A stretch of DNA of 64,000 nt, taken from the NCBI GenBank assembly GCA_013265495.1, contig MU058009.1, positions 250,001 through 314,000 of the forward strand. Reading direction: 5' to 3'. The notes beneath the pieces are model-generated. The model was not told the origin of the DNA, searched no databases, and saw nothing but the letters and a program-made list of their open reading frames with translations. This document shows, one piece after another, positions 13,419 through 26,212 of the stretch. Within the stretch, counting starts at the first letter, position 1, and each line of letters opens with the position of its first letter. The position numbers and the translations under genes are program-made. Origin of the DNA: Vicugna vicugna (lineage: Eukaryota).

Positions 13419-13602
13419 CAGTATTCTCAAATTTCCCTGGGCATCAGAATCACCTGGAAGGCTATCACACAGATTTCTGTGACCTATCCCAGAGTTTCTG
13501 GACTCAAGGGGCCTGGGATGCCCAAGAACCTGCATTTCTAACAGGTTCCCAGGGGATGTTGTTACTGCTTGCTGGTTAGGGACCACACTTTGAGAACTAC
13601 TA
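13419..13602. mobile_element. MER5A hAT-Charlie MITE, full length with decayed 8-bp TSD
   Basis: termini cagtattctcaaa / tttgagaactacta; internal catcagaatcacctgg and ctgcatttctaacaggttccc; flanks ctataaag / atatcaag (6/8 identical). Confidence 0.9.
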
Positions 13603-14594
13603 ATATCAAGCAACGTTGTATGAATATTTAGCTGGATTTCTTTGACCTGGGATCACATTTTGGGCTAAATAAGCCCCAGACAAAGAGAGGCTTGACCTTG
13701 TGGGTCTCTCCCTGAGGTGGGAAATCCGCATGTGTTCTTGCTTCTGTGACTGAGTGCAGTGTGGCCCAGAGAATGGGAAGAAACCGTTGGGCTTTTTGGT
13801 TCACACACAAAAAGAAAATGTCCACACATGAGATTATTAATTCATTGTTCAATTAAGTTACGATCTCTAAAATTATCACAATATTTGGCTCAGAGGAAGG
13901 CAGCATGAATAGCTTGTTCCACGTAATGTGTGAATAATGTAACTTTATTACTTTTCTCGCTAGTGAGTAATTGTGACTGACACACTGGCAATAACACAGA
14001 TTACCTTCTCACCCTCCGTGCTCCCTCCTCTCAGGGCTGAGCACTTAATTCCTTGCCCCTGCTCCTTTCTTGCTCATCTCCTTCCCTGCTGCTGGCCCCC
14101 TTCCCTGTGCCACTGCTTTTCTGTTCAGCCTACACAGCAGGCCTGTGAAGGGGTAAGGCAGTGAGGGGCTGTGGGTCCCAGGAGACAGGGATCAGCAATG
14201 TGTCCAGGCCCCCTGGCCAACCTGGCAGGAGCCCTTGTAGGACCTGCTTGAACTGTTGCTCGCGTTTTTCCCTGTAGCCTCCCTCATCTTCCATTTCTTG
14301 TATGTCCACTCAGGGGCAGTGCACTACAGCTCAGCTGTCTGCTTCAAAACAGGTGTGAGCTGACCTAGACACACACTTGATGCAGGGAGGCAATTGCTGT
14401 GGTAATGTTGTGTCAGGGTGCATGCATCCTGCTGAAGGTAGGAGTTTCTGTGTTTCCTTATTTTATATCCCTTTCATTCCTTCTGAATCTAGCTTCTGTT
14501 TCCAGCTGACCTGTTCTGGGGAAACACCTTACTTATCTGAGTCTCTTATTTCCGCCTCCTGGTGCTCTGGGCACTCAGGCCACAGAGGGCTGCT

Positions 14595-14615
14595 GTCAGC
14601 ACCTCGGACAGCTCC
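14595..14615 (+). promoter_or_regulatory. RE1/NRSE element (REST/NRSF binding site)
   Basis: GTCAGCACCTCGGACAGCTCC vs consensus TTCAGCACCACGGACAGCGCC: both half-sites intact, 2-bp spacer, 3 differences at degenerate positions. Confidence 0.85.
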
Positions 14616-15254
14616 CAGTTGCCAAGCCCAGCTTCCCGTGTTCATCAGCCCCCTCAACTGTGTATCGGCCACCACTGTGAGGAATGTACTTCCAACCTCT
14701 CATTAATCCTTGTTTCGCTATGCCACTTGGAGTCAACGTTTTTAAAGAAATTACTCCTTAGATGTTAGAATTCAGTTTAAATGTTACCTTGTCTTCCTTT
14801 TTCATCATCCATCCATGCATATTTTTATACTGGCAGTATATTTATGTGAGCAGAACCTGAGTGCTGAGAATTTATCTACAATGTAGACATGGAAAGGACA
14901 GGAAGGATGGATGTATCCAACAGAGACTTTGTTTCACATGGTTTAGTCATGTTACTGCCACAGTGTCTCTGTTCAAAGGCATTTCTAGCCGCCTTCAGTG
15001 GACTAACGCCCAGTCTGCACCACGTGACCTGCCCGCCGGGGAACCCTGCCCTCTTGCTCCGGAGGGCTGCTTTGGTCATCTGGCTTCACTTCCCTCAAAG
15101 CTCTCGTTTGAAGGGAGAGTAGTCTCTTTTTTGGGGTGACCCAGTTGTGGAAGTCTGTTTTGGGTGCAGATTGTGTGAGTTTTCTATTCTACTCTGTCAA
15201 CAGGTAGGTGGCTTGGACCCAACTTTGCTTTCCATGAGTGAGTGGTGCGAGCTC

Positions 15255-15420
15255 CCAGCTGAGCATGTACTTTGTGCCAGGCTCTGTGATAAGCACTTGA
15301 CATGAATGATTCCATTTAGTCTTCACAATAATTGAATGACAAAGGTGCCTTTATTTCCCCTCCTCATTTTACAGCTGGCCAGGGACAGAGCCAGGAGCCT
15401 CCACTCAAGCCTGTGCTCAT
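15255..15420 (-). mobile_element. MIR fragment
   Basis: ctgagcatgtactttgtgccaggctctgtgataagcacttgacatg...catttagtcttcacaa...cattttacag. Confidence 0.75.
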
Positions 15421-16489
15421 CACAGTACTGCAGTTGCTGGCCTCCCTGGGAGAATGTTGGCCTCACTCTTGATGCCTGGGACATGGCTGGGCCCAATCAA
15501 GGTGAAGCAAGTGATGGCTCAGAGGGCAGTAGAATGGCTGGGCTGGAACAACTCTGGCACTGAGGGAAGGACCCACTGGGCTGGAGAAGCTGGGGGCTTT
15601 GTGTGGGAGATAAGCTTTGACCCTTGAGTCCTGAGGGTTTAAGGTTTGCTTTTCTTCTCAAAAAAGTACAAAAGGGAACCAGGTGTCTTTGGTTAGCTTG
15701 GCCCTGGGCATACCTGGCAGGAATGTATTGGGGATCACAGTCTCCCTCATCCAGCTCGCCTCACACCCCATTTCCACCCAGCAGGTAAAGAATCAGGTTT
15801 CCAAAAAAAGCCACCTCAGCCCTGGGTTGCAGGTCTGGCCCCTCTTGGCTATGGCCATCTCTGCTGGTGTTCCTTCCATTGGACCTCTCACCTCTCTGGC
15901 CTCCAAGAGGGGCTCATTGCTCTATAGGGAGCAGAAGGGAGAGTGTCCGTGCACCCAGGGAAGGAAGCTGGCTCAGCCTCTCATGCAGCCTGCAGTTTTA
16001 GCTGCTGTCCTTGGTTAGGAAGTGGGGACAGATCCTGCTTCTGGGCCCCACTTGCCCCTAAACTTCTAGCTCAGGAGTAATGCTGAGAATAAGCACAAGA
16101 AACCCTTTTTCTTTTCAGGATTGACCTTTAAAAAAAGTTCTAAATCTCAAAGGCAAGGCTATATCCCCTCCTCCTCCAGAACAGATCACTGGCCTCAGTT
16201 TTTTCCCTCCCTTGGCCCATGGAGGTTGGATTTGAGGGTTACATGAGGCTTAGCAGGAGCAGAGAAGCTTCCTCATTGAAAGGGCAGGAGTGATGGAGTG
16301 GCCAAGGCCCTTAGCACCTCCAGGCTCCTGGGCCACAGGACAGTGGGGCTGGGGCTGGACAGTGGTCAAGGGCCTGGTGCAGGAGATGGCCAGAGGAGGA
16401 GAGACTGGGAATGGGGAGACACTTGGAGGCTGGGATGCCTTCTCAGCTGGACATTGTGTGCCCACAGTGATGGGCACCGCTGCCAGATC

Positions 16490-16700
16490 AGAGAGAGCAG
16501 AGATCTTGAGTCAGGAGTCAGAGATACATAGGTCTAACACATGGCTATGATACCAACTGGATATTTGGTCAGGTTGCAAAATCCCCTGGGTTCTCAGCTT
16601 CCTCATCTGTAAAATGGGGATGGAAATACCTGCTCAACTACTTCAGGAGGTAGTTGTGAAAGTCTAAAGAGCCAGTGGGTATGAAAATGCCTTGTAAAGA
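16490..16700 (+). mobile_element. MIR SINE
   Basis: core ctcagcttcctcatctgtaaaatgggga. Confidence 0.9.
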
Positions 16701-17659
16701 ACGAGTGTGTCCCAGGCACGAGGAGTGAGGGGGAGGCCCTGCCTTCTCCCCCAAGACATCCTCCCTGGGTTCCCATTCCCAGTGTGAAAATACTAAAGAA
16801 TTTCGCAAATAACTTGGCTATTTTTAAGTCACGGGAAGGACCAGCAGGCCTGCAGGTAGGGAGAGGATCAGTGAAGGAAGTGATGTGTCTCCTGTAAGAC
16901 TCAAGTGTCCCTGAGTCAGAGTCTGCTCTCAGAAGCCGCCCCCCCCCCAGTTTGACAGGTGCGGGATGACATTTCCACTTTGCAACTTAATATTTTCATG
17001 ATATCAGGAAAGTCACAGAAAACCCCAAATTTTAGTCTTCCTATTTGTGAAGACAGGACTGGTAATAGCACTACCATTAAATAGCCATAGAATCCTGGCA
17101 TAAGAGAGACACAGGTGTGCACAGGTCTGGCATACACTAGGTGCTCAATAAATGTAGACCGTTGTTGTTATTTTTTTCTTGAGCTAATTATCTTTGCCTC
17201 AGATGGAGAAAATATCTATTTCAGAGAGCTAGGAGGCGTGCAAGCAGCCCTTGGCACATAGGACCAGGAGTCCTAGAAACCAGCGGTCCTCCTCTTTCTC
17301 CTTTCCCGTACTCGTCCTCTCGAGGGCTCGGTGATGCCCAAACTTGGAATTGGCCCTGACCTGAAAAGTGTATGGAGCCACAGGGTGTGCGGCATCTCTG
17401 CTTGCACACGGGGCTCACGTTCAGAGTGCTGAGCGTCGGCCCCTCCTCCTGCCTCCCAGATCTCTCCGGCCCCCTGTTCTTCTATTGGCTTCCGGTGCTT
17501 TGTGTGTGCCCCCCCCCCAGCACTCTTACCCATGCTCTCTTGGGGCTCAGAATGTGCCTGGGACCCTTGTCTTGCTGCTGCTTATGGTCTCGGCCGGATG
17601 GGCTGAGCCCCCTGTGCCTCTTCAGAGTGGGGGTTACAGGGCTAACGCCACCCTGGGGG

Positions 17660-17850
17660 CCTAGATCGTCTGGGCTGGAATCTGAGTCCTGCTGTAACCA
17701 CTTGCTATGTAACCTCAGGTAAGCACTTAATGTCAGCGAGTCTGCGTCCTCGTCGGCACAGTGAGAGTGATACCTACTGCATCGCATTTACTGAGGGATA
17801 AAAAGAGGTGACATGTGAAAGCACTAGAAGGGGAGGTACTTGGTAAATAT
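17660..17850 (+). mobile_element. MIR SINE
   Basis: cacttgctatgtaacctcaggtaagcacttaa...gatacctac...catgtgaaagcactag. Confidence 0.75.
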
Positions 17851-18619
17851 CGAGTTACCTCCCTTCTTCCTCTTCTCTTTCCTCCCATCGCAAAGCCTGC
17901 TGAGGGGAGGGTGGAGGGCAGGACGGCGAGACGACTCAGCCCCTACTCTTCACCCCTCACCGCATCACCCCCACCTCCTCATTGTGCTCTGGAAAACCCC
18001 GATCCAGCCTCAAGAAGGGTTTTTAGCTGGACGTATTTTCTGGAGTGGAGAACAGAACCTCCTCACTGGTGTGCTGAGCTTTGATTTGCAGGCAGGCTGA
18101 TTTCTGAGTACTTGGGAAATTTCCATAATTAGCAGAGGCAGCATTTGTGAATCACACTGCAACCACCCTCTTCTCACTTCTTCTGTCTCCTGCTCCAAAT
18201 ACCTTTGTGACCCTGTTTTCCCCTCCTCTGGACCTCGGCTGCGCGTTGCCACTGCAGATGCCACTCTCCCTGCTTAGTGCTACAGGCCAGTCTCCTCCCG
18301 TCTCTTCTCCAGCCTCTTGTCCAAGCCTCCGTCTACTTATTTGCTCAGAGCCGGCAGGCAAACTTAGCTAGTCTGTCCTCTTGCAAATCCTATCTACGGG
18401 TTTGTTTGAATTCCTAGTCCTGGAAGAAAGGAAGAAACTGAATCAGGTCTAAATCCTGCTAAAAATATGGCTTGGTGCTGTCTGATAAAATCCTACTTGG
18501 AAAATGGGGACCTATTTCTTTCCCTCAGGCTGGTTACCCCTGAAGATCAGTCACTTAAAAAAGGGTAAAAATGCAGAGAAAGATTTTCCTAGTAGAAGCT
18601 AATAATCGGTGGCTCCAAT

Positions 18620-18900
18620 ATCCATCTAACTGTCCATCCATCCATCCATCCATCCATCCACCTATCTAGTTATTCATTTAATAAATACTTGCAGAATGTC
18701 TACAGTGTACCAAGCCTAGCCTGGCTTTGGGGACAGACAGATCATAGTGGGAAGACTGGCAAGAAAATCGAGATCACCATATAGTGGGGTACATGCTAAG
18801 ATCGCAACAGGAGCCTGAGGAGAGACATCTGAGTCAGTGGCAGAAAGGGACGACGTCTTTGAAGAAGGGGGCTCTTGAATTAAAGATCGAGGCACAAAGA
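18620..18900 (-). mobile_element. L2 3' end with expanded (TCCA)n tail
   Basis: (tcca)n at ~18633-18661, then attcatttaataaatacttgcagaatgtctacagtgtaccaagc. Confidence 0.7.
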
Positions 18901-19764
18901 GAATTGAGCTTTGCAGCATTCCCTTTCGTTGGCACATGTGTGGTACTAAGATCAGTAAACTCCGAAATCGTTATAAAATCTATAATTGCTCCAACATATG
19001 GGGAGAACTATAATGTCCTGGGAAGGGGAGGCTCAGAACAGGGACTTTGCTTTGGAATCAGAGAACTCCAAACATTTAGGTATTTCCTCTTGACAGGACT
19101 TCCCTAAAACATGCCAAAGAGGTTGGAATAGAAACACCTCACTTGCTTTTAAGGAATTCAAAGCTCCAACACATTTCTCTTTCACTCCACTATCTTCTGC
19201 TGTTGGAAAAAACCTGCCTGTCTGTCCTCTGACTGCAATTAAAGTTGATCTTCTCCTTAGGAGAGCCAGAAACTCTTTGTGTTTCACCAACCCTCGTTTT
19301 CAACTAAGCTCAAAGCTACAGGAGTTGTTCTCTGTCCCGTTTGTGGTCTTGCCTGGGCTCCCAGAGTCTATGCAAGCAGAAATAATTATTGTTTGGGTAG
19401 GGATCACATTCAGCCCAAAGTGGGAGAGCTCAGATGGGGGCCACCATCTTGCCATATATGGTCTGGGGAGGGTAGCCCCAATTGTCTGTGGACAATTCCC
19501 TCCTCTTTATTTTTCTTCATTTATCCTATACTTTCTCATCACTGCAGTCCTTTGGCAGCCAGTGGTAGTCGTGGATCAGCCTTGGTAAGTGGAAGCCCAG
19601 GCTGAGGCTTGAAATTCATTTAGTGTAGGAACTTTGGTGAGAAGGTGGTGAGGGGACCGCCGTTCAAAAGAACTTCAGTCTTGAAGAGCCAGGTGGGGAT
19701 GGGAGCATCTCCCAGTCTCCCACAGCCCCAGTGACAGAAGGCATAGCATTTGGATATTGATTTA

Positions 19765-19868
19765 TTACCCATCTCCTTTTCCAGAACGTGTAAGCTCTGT
19801 TTTGCTCACCACTGTATCCCCAGGGCCAGGAAGAATGCAGTGTAATAAGTTTTTGTTGGATGAACTAA
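19765..19868 (+). mobile_element. L2 3' tail fragment
   Basis: ctgttttgctcaccactgtatccccagggcc...taataagtttttgttggatgaa. Confidence 0.75.
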
Positions 19869-21182
19869 GATTCTCCAGCAACATGAGAGGCATCTCCATT
19901 TGTCCTGCTGGTATCTCGTAATCCTGAGTTGTGTTGCCACAGTCCACGGGTTTCTTTATGACCTGGCTAGACCCCAACCATCCCAAAGCCCAGTCAGAAG
20001 AAACACTTCAGTGCTGACGGACCTGGAGCCTTAGGAAGCTCTGGAGGGCCACCTCTGTCAGATGAGATTTGTCTTCAAAGGCCACTGGCTCTGACCTTTT
20101 GATAACATTTCAAAAAATGAAACCTTATGTGCTGACTGAATCAGTCCTATCTCCAATGAAAGTCTAATCAGCTATTTGTATTTCTGTTTGAAATTTTTTT
20201 TGGTCCTTTTCTTTGTCTACTTCTGGGTAAACATAAAGGGAAAAAAATTCCCTTGCTTGACCAAACTTCATTTAAAAGTTGTTTGTGTTTTTTTTTAATG
20301 GAACCCAATCCCTTAAGCCTTGAAAAGTAACCACTGAGCTCTAATGCAGCAGCTTCTAATCCAGGAGAGTTCAGAAGGCAGATGCTGAACAACCACCAAC
20401 TGCATCCCAGGACAGTTGCTGGCGAGGCTCGGGGCTCTGCAGGCTGGAGATGCGATCAGTGAATCCTGACTCTGTTCTCCTGTCCGCTCTGCTAGCTGGC
20501 CTGACGTGCAATTAGCATTCTCCCCAGTGCTGATTTTTGTTCAAATATATTGGGCCCATCCATCACCCACCTTCTAACTCTTCTGTCTGGATCAGTCAAT
20601 TACAAAGTTATTTTTGAACCACTAGGATTCTTGTGAAATAGACACAAGAAGGAGCTAAACTCATTTCAGGTTTGACCCCTGAAGCTGGGATCTGAGGAAG
20701 CTTAGCTTGGTTACACTTCATGGCCATCCAATCCAATCTGGCCTGCAGAATAGAAGGGCCACTTGCTTAATTGGGAACACTTTAATATAGATATCCATTA
20801 ACGTATGCTAAATTACAATAAAACATCTATGGAGGAACCTGATGTGGCACCTGCATGAATACTAAGTGACTTCATTACGATCAGCGCTGTGACGATGAAT
20901 ATGGAATGAACGTGCCCAGAGAAGACAATTAATCTCCCGCCTTCTCAAGTCATCACTGTTTTATTTTCCCCTGCACTGTGCTAAAAAAAGAATAAGGCTT
21001 AGAAGCTCTGTGATTTCCTGAGACCATCACTTCCCTTCAGCTTCTGAGGAGTCCCTGAGAGCTCTTGTCATTTGTGGTGTGGAGACCGGTCTGGGCCACC
21101 TGGAGGAGCATGGACAGTGGAGAGGTGGGGGCCCTCGGGGTCCTACTTTGGTTTGGAAAAGAAGGCTGTCAAGACTGATGGA

Positions 21183-21187
21183 ACACA

Positions 21188-21230
<43 letters not shown>
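21183..21230. repeat. (CA)n microsatellite
   Basis: (CA)15 aa (CA)5. Confidence 0.97.
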
Positions 21231-22559
21231 ATCGAAAGGTGTCCTCATCTGGAACTAGCAAACAGACTGTCAGGTCAGATTATAAACATCAAAAGCATTC
21301 TAATCTGCTCGCGGTGTACATGATGTGCATAGATCTGAGAGAGGAACTTGGATTATGAATTCAGTCAGCTTTTCCCTCTGGGCTGCCTGCCCCTGAAAAG
21401 TGTGGCTTGGAGGGTTCCAGGCATCAGGTGAACACACCTCATCGCACTTGGACTGAACCACACAACTTGGTCTTAAAGATGTTCCCTCTTGTATCACTGG
21501 GTGCCGTTTCACATCGATTCCACCTGAATCTCAGGCTGAACCATTGGGAACTTTGTATTTCGGGATGCCCAGCTCTGCGTGAGGACTAGCCCATGAGAGA
21601 GGCAAGCGAGAAAGAATTTTCCTGGGTTCCCCTTTGTCATTTTTCCCTGGGTCGCGGGCCTCTGCTCCCTGCTCTTTTCCCTTCCTCTCCTTGACCTTTG
21701 CATCCATCCTGCTAGTCCAGTTCCCACAGACCCAGGCGATGCTCACTGAACTCCTCATCAGAGGTGCTCTTGCTTGGATGTGCAGATGCCCGACTTCCAC
21801 CCTTTCTCAGGGCAAGAGTGCCAGTTCTGCAGCTCCAAGTGGCGGTTATGAAAGGGCCCTCTGTGCACCCTACACGAGGAAGGCGTCCAGTGGGGAGAAG
21901 CCTCCCTGTAAATGTGCAGATGTCCTCGGATGCTTCGGATGGAGCCCAGGTCCCCATGGGCTGCTGGGGGGCTGCTCTTTGGAGAACCAAAGGCCCCCTT
22001 CAAAGAGTGTATCTCCATCACCCATGGCAGCAGAGGGAGCACCAACAATATTGTTAGCGTGTCAAGGAACAGATTTTGACAGATGCCTCCCTGCCTTCCA
22101 GTCCCAGTTTCAAAGCCCTTCCTGCACCGGTCTCACTAGGGTTGGTGATTAGTTCTCACTGTTTCCTCTTCTGAGACCAGTAAGTGGCTCTGTTTGTGCC
22201 AAGTTTCCCTGTAAATACTGTGGCTGTGCCCACATGAGGCAAAGCATTCCTGGGAGAGAACACTGAGTTTGCTTCTGGACTCCTACTGGGAACAGGAGGG
22301 GAACGAAACTGCCTCTCTGTGAGAGCGGATTACCACGTGGCCAAGCCCAAGCGAGACTCACAGGAATGTAAGCTCTGCCCTCGTCTTCCTGCTCCCTCCT
22401 TCTCCTCTGCCCTTTCCAAGCCAGCTCTCAGTCTAAGAAGAACAGGTCTGATTTCCTTCGACGACCATCATCTCCAAGCTAACATCCGGGAATAGGCCAC
22501 AACAACAAACAAGGAAGTCTCAGGCTTGGCCAGGGAGGGAAGTGAGAAAACAGCAGAGG

Positions 22560-22960
22560 GTGAAAAGATGGCAGGCGACGGGAAAGTCAGACAGGTGAAG
22601 AGGGAGTGAGAAAATGCGCAAGGATGCGGAAGGGTTTTAACAGTTGAAAATCCGAATGTTCAGCAGTTCTGAGTTGTGAGTTTCAAGATGCAGAAGAGGT
22701 AGAGATAGAGATCACTGGTGGGAAGAGGACTTGAAACCGAAGAAGTCGGGGGCTTGGAAGGATCAGAAATCACTAGGGATGAAAGAGGTGATGAGAAAGA
22801 GGAGGCGGGGGGAGTTGCTGAGAACCTGGTCCTAAAATCCTGGAGGAAAATGGGGTTGTGTCCAGAAAACTTGTAGATGAGGTGAGAAGGAGGGAGAGAA
22901 ATTATGGTGGATGAAATGATTGGGGCAAAGAGCTTAAGTTGAAATGGGTCTGGGGAAAAC
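22560..22960 (-). mobile_element. L2 ORF2 endonuclease-region fossil
   Basis: purine-rich + strand; minus-strand translation IYKFSGHNPIFLQDF resembles the L2 APE motif IYRPPGHSPSFLEDF. Confidence 0.6.
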
Positions 22961-23559
22961 AATATAAAGGATGAATGTATTGATTTCCTACTAAATGCCT
23001 CAAAGAGTTAAAGTCTTCTTGAGTTGGAAGGTCAAGGGACATCTATGAAACAAGTAATAAGCGAGAGGTTATAAGACACCAACTATTTTAAGTGCTACAG
23101 TGAGTGGTACTGGCCACATACAGCTTGATTCTAGTGCTTTTGACCAACCCTCTTGACAAACGGCAAACATTCCAAGTCCTAGGAGGTACCATTGCAGCCC
23201 AGGAGAGTCAAGATACACAGCGTGGAAGAGGTGGATTGGGGTGAACCTTGAGGGCTGGGGTAGGCGCTCCAAACAATGCGGCGGAAATAAATGAGCAGAA
23301 GTGGAACAAACGTGGCATGTTCTGAAACATGGCATGGAGGGAGGCAGGCTGGGAGGTATGAAGAACAAAGTTAGGAACCATAGTGGGACCCGAAGATGGA
23401 GGCATGCAGACCGATGTTACGAAAATTCCAAAGCAACAAAATATCCCCATGTTGGCTTTGCTGTAGTCACAGTCTTGGGCCAACTGAAGCATTTAGTTTT
23501 TACATGGAACCCAAACGTCCTCAGCTGTGATCCCCAAATACTGAGTGCATGCCTTTCTT

Positions 23560-23730
23560 GTTATTGACCACGGAGTGCTGTGGTTGGCATGCCAGTCCTC
23601 CTCTCTCTACTGTGAGCCACTGAGGGCACAGGTCAGCCCATGCCGGCAGCCCCCGCCATCGACAGGGCTCCACGGGCCGTGCAGAGCGAGAGCTCTACAG
23701 ATCTTTGTGGCATGTATGAACCAGTCAGTG
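23560..23730 (+). mobile_element. degenerate L2 3' tail
   Basis: tactgtgagccactgagggcacagg...gatctttgtggcatgtatgaa. Confidence 0.5.
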
Positions 23731-25454
23731 AGTAACAGCTGGGCATAAGTCAGAGGAGACGTACTGAAACTAGGCTACAGCTTTTGGCCAGAGGTCGCCC
23801 ACATCTGAACCGGAAGCATCATAACACAAGGTGAAATTCTAGGTTTCTAAACTTAGAAAAAAAAAATGTAGGAAGGACTCTCAAAGCCTTTGTTAATTAA
23901 AAACACGAACAGCTCTTCAGGGAACAGTCCCTGCCTCCCATCCTCTCTCCTGGCTCTGAATGGCAGATAAAGCGGTATCTTTGCCTCTGCTTTGGACCAC
24001 ATTTAATTAAATGCCTACATCGACTGCTTCCTCGCTTACCTTGTTTTATTTCCTTCCCTTCCTTCCATGCTAAAGAGGGCCAGGGCTAATACTAATGCAT
24101 ACGCTGTTAAACCTTTTTAATTAACTTCAACTTCTTCCAGAGATTTATGTTTAAACAGTAAATTTTTTGTTGATACTCAGATACATAGGCGGCACTCAGG
24201 GTGATGTATGAGTACTCTTGTCCTCAAAATGATTCTTCAGGAGTTACCACCAGAGACGTTTTCATGAGCCTCTTTTATTAAAATAATAATACTCAGCAAA
24301 GCAATAATGCTTTACAACCAGCAGCTAATTAACCCACCCCACCCCCACCGACAGGTCACCATTAGCATCTGCAGGCTAAGATAAGAGCGCTCGGTGGGTC
24401 TTTCTCTACCTTGGAACCGGCGCTGAATCGGTCTGGGTTTGTGCTCCGGCGTCTGTGAGTGACGATTTTCATTTAAAACACATCTTTGTTCTTGGACCGT
24501 AGCTCAATCTGTTATTGTTTTTATTTATTTTCTTCTTGTTTGGTGCCGTCCCTGCGCTGACTGTCAGTATGTTTGATCTGCACTTGACCTCCCAAAACAG
24601 AATTTAACCGTGCCTTGGAAAAGCCAATGGATTTAAAACTCTTGTTTAATTGCAAAATCCATTTATTTTCCTGTAACTCTAAATGTGTGCTCCAGGTATT
24701 TTTAATCATGATCTGGGCTGTCAACGGTAGTGGCAGGGCAGCAACACTGCCAGCCGAACCGATCTACCTACCCAAGTCCCCGCTCTGTTCTCTACGTTGA
24801 AACAACATTTCCCTCCATGAGCCGATGTAGTTATTTTCCATGTTGCACCATCGACGAGCCGATTATTTCAATTTTGGCATCAGATTCAGAAGAGAGTTTA
24901 ATGATTCTCAATAGCATAAACTGAATTTTGATTCCTACAGCAATTTAGTAATGATGATGACATTTAAGCACTTAGGCAGTATGTCTCGTTTCCCATGGCT
25001 GACAAACCAGATTTAGGCACTTTTCTGGGCACCCCAGATTCGTCACCCTTTTGCAATATTTATGAAGCCCAGACTTACCCCTGCAACTCTGCCAGGGGCT
25101 ATAGAAAGAAGTTCCCCTGGACCCAGGGCCAATCTGCTGGAGTTTCAGTTGGAAGTCAAAACAAGGTCCCAGGTCTTGCACACCTATTTTAATTAACCTG
25201 TTTATTCACATATTCAACAAATATTTAACGAGTTTCTACCAGGTAAGGACGCTCAGCCCCGGGAGAGGAACTGAGTTGTGGGAGCTGTGCTCTTCTTCCT
25301 CTAATCAAAGCGAATTCAACCCCAACCCTCCTGATTGAGGTCCAAATTATTTGAATACTTTATGAATACGTTTAGTTTAGTCATCCAGCAAACAGTTATC
25401 AGGCACTTTCTAGGTATAAGGTACTCTTCTGGGAACTGAAATGTTTACAGAGAA

Positions 25455-26212
25455 GATCAAATCTGTCAGCAAATCCCATTGGCTTTTCCTTCAAAGTGTT
25501 CAAATTCAGGCTCTGATTGTTTCTCACCCATCACTGCTACATCCTGGGCCAAGTTATGAGGATCCTTCACCTGGATTATTGACGGAGACTCCTAACTGGT
25601 CCCTCTGCTGCCACCCTTGCAACCCCACACTCTCTTCTCAACTGCACAGTCTGGTTGATGCTTTTAATAACTCAAGTTGGATGGTGTCATTTTTCTATCC
25701 CAAATCATCTCAGGATAAAACCCCAAACCCCTTCCATGACTTACAGCATCCTACGTGGTCTTGCCTTCTTGTTCCCTCTTTAACTCCATCTCCCCTCTTT
25801 TGCTGACTTCATTCCAATCTCTCTGGCCTCTTTGCGGTTCCCTGAACACATCTGGCATTTCCTGCCTCAGGGCCTTTGCACTTGCTGTCCCTTCTGCCCA
25901 ACATGTCCTACCCTTAAGTGATCCACATGGTTCAACCCTTCACTTCCGTCAGGACATGGCTCTGTTGTCAGCTTCTCAGGGACTGACCACCTAATTTAAA
26001 ATCTGCACCCCACTCCTGTACTGTATCCCTTTCCCTGCTTTATTTTTCTCTTGAGTACTTATCCCCATCTGACATATTATTCATCTTACTTATGTGTCTA
26101 TTTTTTGTCCCCCCCCCACCAGAATGTCAAATCCATGGAAGCGTGGATACTTGTCTGTTTTACTTGTTGATATATCAGTCCCCAGCCCAGAGATACTTAA
26201 TAAATATTTTAT
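25455..26212 (+). mobile_element. L2a-type LINE 3' portion
   Basis: cacctggattattg...ctcctaactggtc, cctcagggcctttgcacttgctgtcccttctgcc, ending cttaataaatattt. Confidence 0.9.

Noticed and set aside
16945..17075. Possible short hAT-type DNA transposon relic
   Set aside because: Termini too decayed to establish a TIR pair or family.
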